DNA from: Clostridiales bacterium
GTDB taxonomy: Bacteria; Bacillota; Clostridia; Peptostreptococcales; Natronincolaceae
Direction of reading: 5' to 3'
DNA: 55,998 nucleotides
NCBI GenBank assembly: GCA_012521085.1
Contig: JAAYNB010000162.1
Location: forward strand, 1 to 55,998
Numbering within the stretch: the first letter of the stretch is position 1; each line of letters opens with the position of its first letter. Positions 52,104-55,998 of the stretch are shown piece by piece. A program made the position numbers and the translations under genes. The notes below the pieces were generated by a model. That model was not told the DNA's origin. It did not search any database and saw only the letters and a program-made list of their open reading frames with translations.

Positions 52104-52724
52104 TTTTCTAAATACGCCAATTACTTTTCCTAATATTTTTACATCAGTTGTTATTATAGGTTCCATAAATTGATTTTCTGGTTGTAATCTTATATATCCT
52201 GCTTCACGATAAAATCTTTTAACAGTGGCATTATCATCTAATAGTGCCACCACTATATCACCATTAGATGCATGAGATTGTTTACGAACAACCACATAAT
52301 CTTTATCTAGTATTCCTGCTTCAATCATACTGTCTCCTTTGACAGATAATATAAATACATCTTCATTAGTATTATTTAAAAAATCTGCAGGTAAGGGGAA
52401 TGACTCCTCAATATTTTCAACAGCTAAAATTGGTTCTCCTGCTGTAACATTTCCTATAATAGGTACATTTACTATTTCTTTATGTAATTTAAAGTCATAT
52501 TCATATTGATGCTCTAGGATTTCTATTGCTCTAGGTTTAGTTGGATCTCTTCTAATATAACCTTTTTCCTCTAATCTATTTAAATGGCCATGTACAGTGG
52601 AAGTAGATTTTAAAGAAACAGCTTTACACATCTCTCTTACCGAGGGAGGATAACCTTTTGTAGCAATTTCTTTTTTCATATATTGTAATATTTCAAGTTG
52701 TTTTGTGCTAAGATCTTCATACAT
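52098..52724 (-). CDS. lexA: SOS repressor LexA
   Basis: N-terminal winged helix ([13 protein letters not shown]...[16 protein letters not shown]) and S24 peptidase with GDSM serine and VKRF lysine. SOS box upstream. Confidence 0.96.
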   Translation of the reverse strand: MYEDLSTKQLEILQYMKKEIATKGYPPSVREMCKAVSLKSTSTVHGHLNRLEEKGYIRRDPTKPRAIEILEHQYEYDFKLHKEIVNVPIIGNVTAGEPILAVENIEESFPLPADFLNNTNEDVFILSVKGDSMIEAGILDKDYVVVRKQSHASNGDIVVALLDDNATVKRFYREAGYIRLQPENQFMEPIITTDVKILGKVIGVFRKL

Positions 52725-52766
52725 TCAAACAAAGACTCCTTTCAATCAAATCTATTATTTTATTTT

Positions 52767-52795
52767 AGTATATCATAGAGTTCTGATATTATCAA
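52767..52795 (-). promoter_or_regulatory. lexA promoter
   Basis: Minus strand: TTGATA (52795-52790), 17-nt spacer, TATACT (52772-52767). Confidence 0.5.
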
Positions 52796-52806
52796 ACATC
52801 TGTTCG
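52793..52806 (-). promoter_or_regulatory. LexA (SOS) box overlapping the lexA -35
   Basis: Minus strand CGAACAGATGTTTG (GAAC-N4-GTTT, one mismatch to the palindromic core). Begins 14 nt after the recombinase stop codon. Confidence 0.7.
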
Positions 52807-52819
52807 AATGCTGTATGAA

Positions 52820-53947
52820 TTATTTAAACTCATCATCTAACCATTCAAAGTTTTTAACTATTTCTCTTTTTACATCTTTTTTATGAGCCGCATATAATTG
52901 TGTAGTTGTAACATTATCATGATCCAATAAGTTCTGAACATCATATATTGAAAAACCCTGTTGAATTAATGATGTAGCAGCCGTTGCTCTTAATTTATGA
53001 GGACTATATCCATTATCTCTAGTTGTTCCTAAGGCTAAGGCAGTATATTTTTTCACCATATTATGTATTGCTTTAACTGTCATTCGCTTATTCTGTAATG
53101 ATAGAAATAGTGCATCTTTATTTTCCTCATCAAGTACTTCAATACTTGGGCGTTCATTATATATATAATCTTTAATTACTTTTTCACATGTTTTATTTAA
53201 AGGCATTAATACTTCTTTACCACGTTTTCTATATATTTTAAAATCACCCCTATTAAAATTAAAAGAAGAAATATTCAATTGTTGTAATTCACTTACTCTT
53301 AATCCATAAGTAACAAATAATATAATAATAGCTTTATCACGTAATTTGGTTTTTTCCCAATAAGTTTTTTCTTTATCTGTTAAAGACTCTCCAGTTTCAA
53401 TTATATCTAACATTTTTGCTACTTCATCAATTTCCAATCTCTTTATAGCATCAGGTTGTGGTTTTGGAAGCCTAATAGGATTAAAACCATCTGTAATATT
53501 AGAATCTATAATTTCATCTCTATATAAAAATTTAAACAAAATAGATAGGGTGGATTTTTTTCTTGCTAGAGATCTATTTTCATTCACAACTACTTTAATA
53601 GAATCTCCATCTTTAATAGTATATCTTGAACAATATCCTCCCAAAAACCTATTAATATCCCTTGCAGTAATATTATTAAATTCTTCCGCTGTAATATTTC
53701 TTGTTGAATCTGCGTTAGTGAGATTAGATTCATTGACTAGGTAATTACAAAAAAATAATATATCTTCTAAATAGGCTAAACGTGTAGATAGGGCAACACC
53801 ATTTTTTAAATAAAGGAAAAAATCATTCATGAATTCTGGTAATTGTTTTTCAATTTTTATACATTCTTCAATTATTTCATTTTCTTTTAAAACAATATTA
53901 TATGGTCTATCTGACTTATTATGTACTGACAGTTTATTTTTAGACAA
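52820..53947 (-). CDS. Tyrosine-type site-specific recombinase (Xer/integrase family)
   Basis: Catalytic R (GLRVSEL), H-x-x-R (HKLRATAAT) and H...Y (LLDHDNVTTTQLY). TTG 53947 lies 9 nt after AAGGAG; the frame is open to TTG 53998. Confidence 0.85.
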   Translation of the reverse strand: MSKNKLSVHNKSDRPYNIVLKENEIIEECIKIEKQLPEFMNDFFLYLKNGVALSTRLAYLEDILFFCNYLVNESNLTNADSTRNITAEEFNNITARDINRFLGGYCSRYTIKDGDSIKVVVNENRSLARKKSTLSILFKFLYRDEIIDSNITDGFNPIRLPKPQPDAIKRLEIDEVAKMLDIIETGESLTDKEKTYWEKTKLRDKAIIILFVTYGLRVSELQQLNISSFNFNRGDFKIYRKRGKEVLMPLNKTCEKVIKDYIYNERPSIEVLDEENKDALFLSLQNKRMTVKAIHNMVKKYTALALGTTRDNGYSPHKLRATAATSLIQQGFSIYDVQNLLDHDNVTTTQLYAAHKKDVKREIVKNFEWLDDEFK

Positions 53948-54043
53948 TGAAATCAACTCCTTATAATTATATTGTATTTGAAAAAGAGGGGAAAACAAGC
54001 GAAATAATAAATTATCTAACTAAAAGTATAATATAAAATTTCT

Positions 54044-54093
54044 CACTATTCAACTATTCCGTAAAGATACATTTAAAGAATAGTTGAATAGTG
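54044..54093. repeat. Perfect 16-bp inverted repeat with 18-nt spacer, each arm made of two ACTATTC heptads
   Basis: CACTATTCAACTATTC (54044-54059) and GAATAGTTGAATAGTG (54078-54093). Confidence 0.9.
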
Positions 54094-54315
54094 CTGATAA
54101 AATATATTTTTATATAAATTTATACAGCTTTTTATTAAGGCTGCACATACCCCTTCTTTGCAGATATTAGTTGTTAATCCATGCAAATAAAATAATACTT
54201 AAAATCTATAATCTTAAAATATAAATTGATTTTATAATAAAATACAGAACAAAGATTGAATTTATAATCTGATTGTTAAAATATTTTTTTATATGTTATT
54301 TATATATTTTTTTAA

Positions 54316-54407
54316 TGTCGAATTTGCTCATTATATTTTAATTATTCACGACAATATTCTTAAGATTTCTAGACATTCTTTTTAAAGTGTTTTGATATTA
54401 TTCGACA
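54316..54407. promoter_or_regulatory. Cluster of Spo0A-box-like motifs (TGTCGAA)
   Basis: TGTCGAA on the plus strand at 54316-54322. TGTCGAA on the minus strand at 54401-54407. TGTCGTG on the minus strand at 54347-54353, next to a minus-strand TATAAT (54335-54330). Confidence 0.3.
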
Positions 54408-54580
54408 ATTATTAAATTTATTCCAAATTGTATGTATATTTATACAAAGGGTTTTTATATGCCACATAATGACATTATTCTACACTTTCTTAATTGATAA
54501 TTAATTTCAAATGAAACGATATATTTATTATATAACTCTTTTCAAAAAATGTACAATAAAAAATGATAAGTAAATCTATT

Positions 54581-55003
54581 TTACTCATCATCTTTTATTG
54601 TATTTGTATTGTACTGAATTGTACATCCAAACTCTTTAGCTATTTTTTCTGCTTCCTTTATATCTTCTTTCCCCCAAATTGACCATCCTCCTTTTAAAAT
54701 ACCATCTACATAAATTTCAACTTTATTATTCTTAAAAATCATTATCCTTTGATTCCTTTTTTTCATTTGTTCAACTTGTTTATTTACAGACTCAACAACA
54801 TCTATATCTAATACCTTCATAGCTATAAATAAACAGGACATAGCATCTTGTAATTCTCTCTTAGCTTTATCTACATCACCATTCATTAGTGCTTTTAATG
54901 ATTCAGCAACTTCTTCATTTAAGTGGCTTATTGCAGCCTTAGGATCATCAGTAGTATATTTTCTATTATTCCAAATCATATCTATAGCTTCTTGAATTTT
55001 CAT
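54581..55003 (-). CDS. MazG-like nucleotide pyrophosphohydrolase domain protein with ~55-aa C-terminal extension
   Basis: 140 aa. EExxE-type helix pair (LNEEVAESLKAL ... DAMSCLFIAMKVLD). SD AAGGGGGA upstream. Confidence 0.55.
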   Translation of the reverse strand: MKIQEAIDMIWNNRKYTTDDPKAAISHLNEEVAESLKALMNGDVDKAKRELQDAMSCLFIAMKVLDIDVVESVNKQVEQMKKRNQRIMIFKNNKVEIYVDGILKGGWSIWGKEDIKEAEKIAKEFGCTIQYNTNTIKDDE

Positions 55004-55114
55004 TATGCTCCCCCTTAAATATCATTTAGTATGTTATTTCAATTATAACTATATATCTTTAAACTTTCAAATTTCTTGTTATACTACAACAAAGGGAATA
55101 TTTAAAATATCCCC

Positions 55115-55552
55115 TTATTCATAAAAAATCATATCATCAAAATTATTTTTATGTCTTTTTCCAAATGCATTTTGTAATCCTTGAATTATTTTAGGTGTAG
55201 AATTTATTAAATTGTCTATCATATTTGCTCTTTGATCTACAGACATCAATTTAATATGGCCATTTCCTACTACCATAAATGCAACTGGTTGTACAGATAC
55301 ACCAGCACCAGCACCCCCTGCAAAAGGTAATCTATCATTACTACTATTCTCATCACTATTATTTTCATTATTACTTCTGATAGTATAATCTCCCCCTCCT
55401 GAAGCAAATCCAAAAGACACTTTTGATATAGGTATTATTACTGTTCCATCATTTGTTTCAACTGCATCTCCAACAATTGTATTAACATCAACCATATTTT
55501 TAATACTTTCCATAGTTGTTTGCATTAATGCTTCAATTGGATGCTCTTTCAA
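55115..55552 (-). CDS. ytfJ: Sporulation protein YtfJ / GerW family
   Basis: IIPISKVSFGFASGGGDY and PFAGGAGAGVSVQPVAFMVV motifs. TTG start after GGTGGTGA. Confidence 0.85.
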   Translation of the reverse strand: MKEHPIEALMQTTMESIKNMVDVNTIVGDAVETNDGTVIIPISKVSFGFASGGGDYTIRSNNENNSDENSSNDRLPFAGGAGAGVSVQPVAFMVVGNGHIKLMSVDQRANMIDNLINSTPKIIQGLQNAFGKRHKNNFDDMIFYE

Positions 55553-55931
55553 TTATCTCACCACCTCGAATTTTAATAGCAATATATTTTATACCTACTA
55601 CTATAATATTTACTAATTTCAGAGTTCCTATGCAATTAAAAATCATATTAAATTTTATGCCAGAGTGATAAGGTTTAATATCTATATGAATATTTTCTAT
55701 GAAATATTTATTTTCTAAAAATACAACTGAATTTGATTTAATAATCCAAAGTAAACCACTTAAAATAGCAGTATCAGCTGCATCATCTATACCTATTTCT
55801 GTTTCCCAATATATATCCTTTATTTGAATCTTTTCTTTTATATATATAATTATATTGAAATAATTTTTTTTAGGTTTAAATAATTCCTTTATATAATCCA
55901 AATTTAACCCTTCATTTATATTAGATTTCAA
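55533..55931 (-). CDS. YtfI-like (DUF2953) sporulation protein; N-terminus uncertain
   Basis: Overlaps ytfJ by 20 nt as a ytfI-ytfJ pair. The frame stays open upstream of TTG 55931 to the window edge, so the true start may lie beyond 55998. Confidence 0.55.
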   Translation of the reverse strand: MKSNINEGLNLDYIKELFKPKKNYFNIIIYIKEKIQIKDIYWETEIGIDDAADTAILSGLLWIIKSNSVVFLENKYFIENIHIDIKPYHSGIKFNMIFNCIGTLKLVNIIVVGIKYIAIKIRGGEIIERASN

Positions 55932-55998
55932 TATATTATTACCTTTAAAATTTTTGTTGTTAACAAAATCTAATAGTGAAATTTTAATATTATATTCA

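Noticed and set aside
919-53744. All 60-127 aa ORFs in the track that lie antisense inside the conserved genes. Examples: 2088-2471, 9159-9509, 20463-20804, 35146-35499, 1249-1572, 12604-12873, 40340-40653.
   Set aside because: Each is fully nested opposite a strongly conserved gene. They have no SD and low-complexity S/I/L/F-rich translations. This is the usual open antisense frame of AT-rich coding DNA.
52820-53998. Tyrosine recombinase as the marker of a prophage, ICE or genomic island.
   Set aside because: There are no phage, conjugation or cargo genes on either side, no tRNA or direct-repeat att candidates in the window, and the flanking genes are core (lexA, sporulation genes).
8356-53998. 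Upstream-most starts given by the ORF track for infB (8356), rpsO (13640), the ymxH-like gene (18439), the aminotransferase (42261), the UPPS-like gene (42383), mutS (44808) and the recombinase (53998).
   Set aside because: In each case the proposed start lies inside or abuts the SD, or adds a non-conserved extension. An in-frame start 7-10 nt downstream of the SD fits better.
1-55998. Scan for rRNA, tRNA, tmRNA/RNase P/SRP-like GC-rich structured islands, CRISPR repeats, IS inverted repeats and T-box or other known riboswitch cores in the intergenic regions.
   Set aside because: Nothing recognisable was found by eye. Apart from the listed hairpins, the intergenic regions are uniformly AT-rich. 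A covariance-model search could still reveal something I cannot see.

Overview
Very AT-rich, low-GC Firmicute (Clostridia-like, spore-forming) chromosomal core. Almost the whole window is conserved housekeeping genes. Their order mirrors well-known Bacillus/Clostridium synteny: rseP-ispG-polC, the rimP-nusA-ylxR-ylxQ-infB-rbfA-nrnA-truB-ribF operon, rpsO-pnp, a deacetylase/M16 peptidase/ymxH/tepA/ftsK block, pgsA-recA-rny-spoVS, aspartate aminotransferase-asnS, cmk-ispH-rpsA, miaB-mutS-mutL-miaA-hfq, then a strand switch into lexA, a tyrosine recombinase and ytfJ/ytfI sporulation genes. I recognised no rRNA, tRNA, CRISPR array, IS element or prophage. I found no convincing new multi-gene system, and most of the window is ordinary. 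Several points do merit a second look. Three conserved genes have coding anomalies that the ORF track hides: ylxQ changes frame inside an A9 run, rny has its membrane anchor in frame but no canonical start (probable ATT), and an orphan cheR carries one in-frame TAA. Three translationally coupled M42 aminopeptidase paralogs include a middle copy that has lost three of five metal ligands. There is a divergent stand-alone UPPS-fold prenyltransferase. A structured element plus U tract lies between ispH and rpsA. A ~0.6 kb ORF-free spacer upstream of the recombinase holds Spo0A-box-like motifs and a perfect 16-bp inverted repeat. SOS boxes, several sigma-A-type promoters, one sigma-H-type promoter and many intrinsic terminators can be read directly. 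All calls come from reading the sequence and from remembered family motifs; no searches were run.
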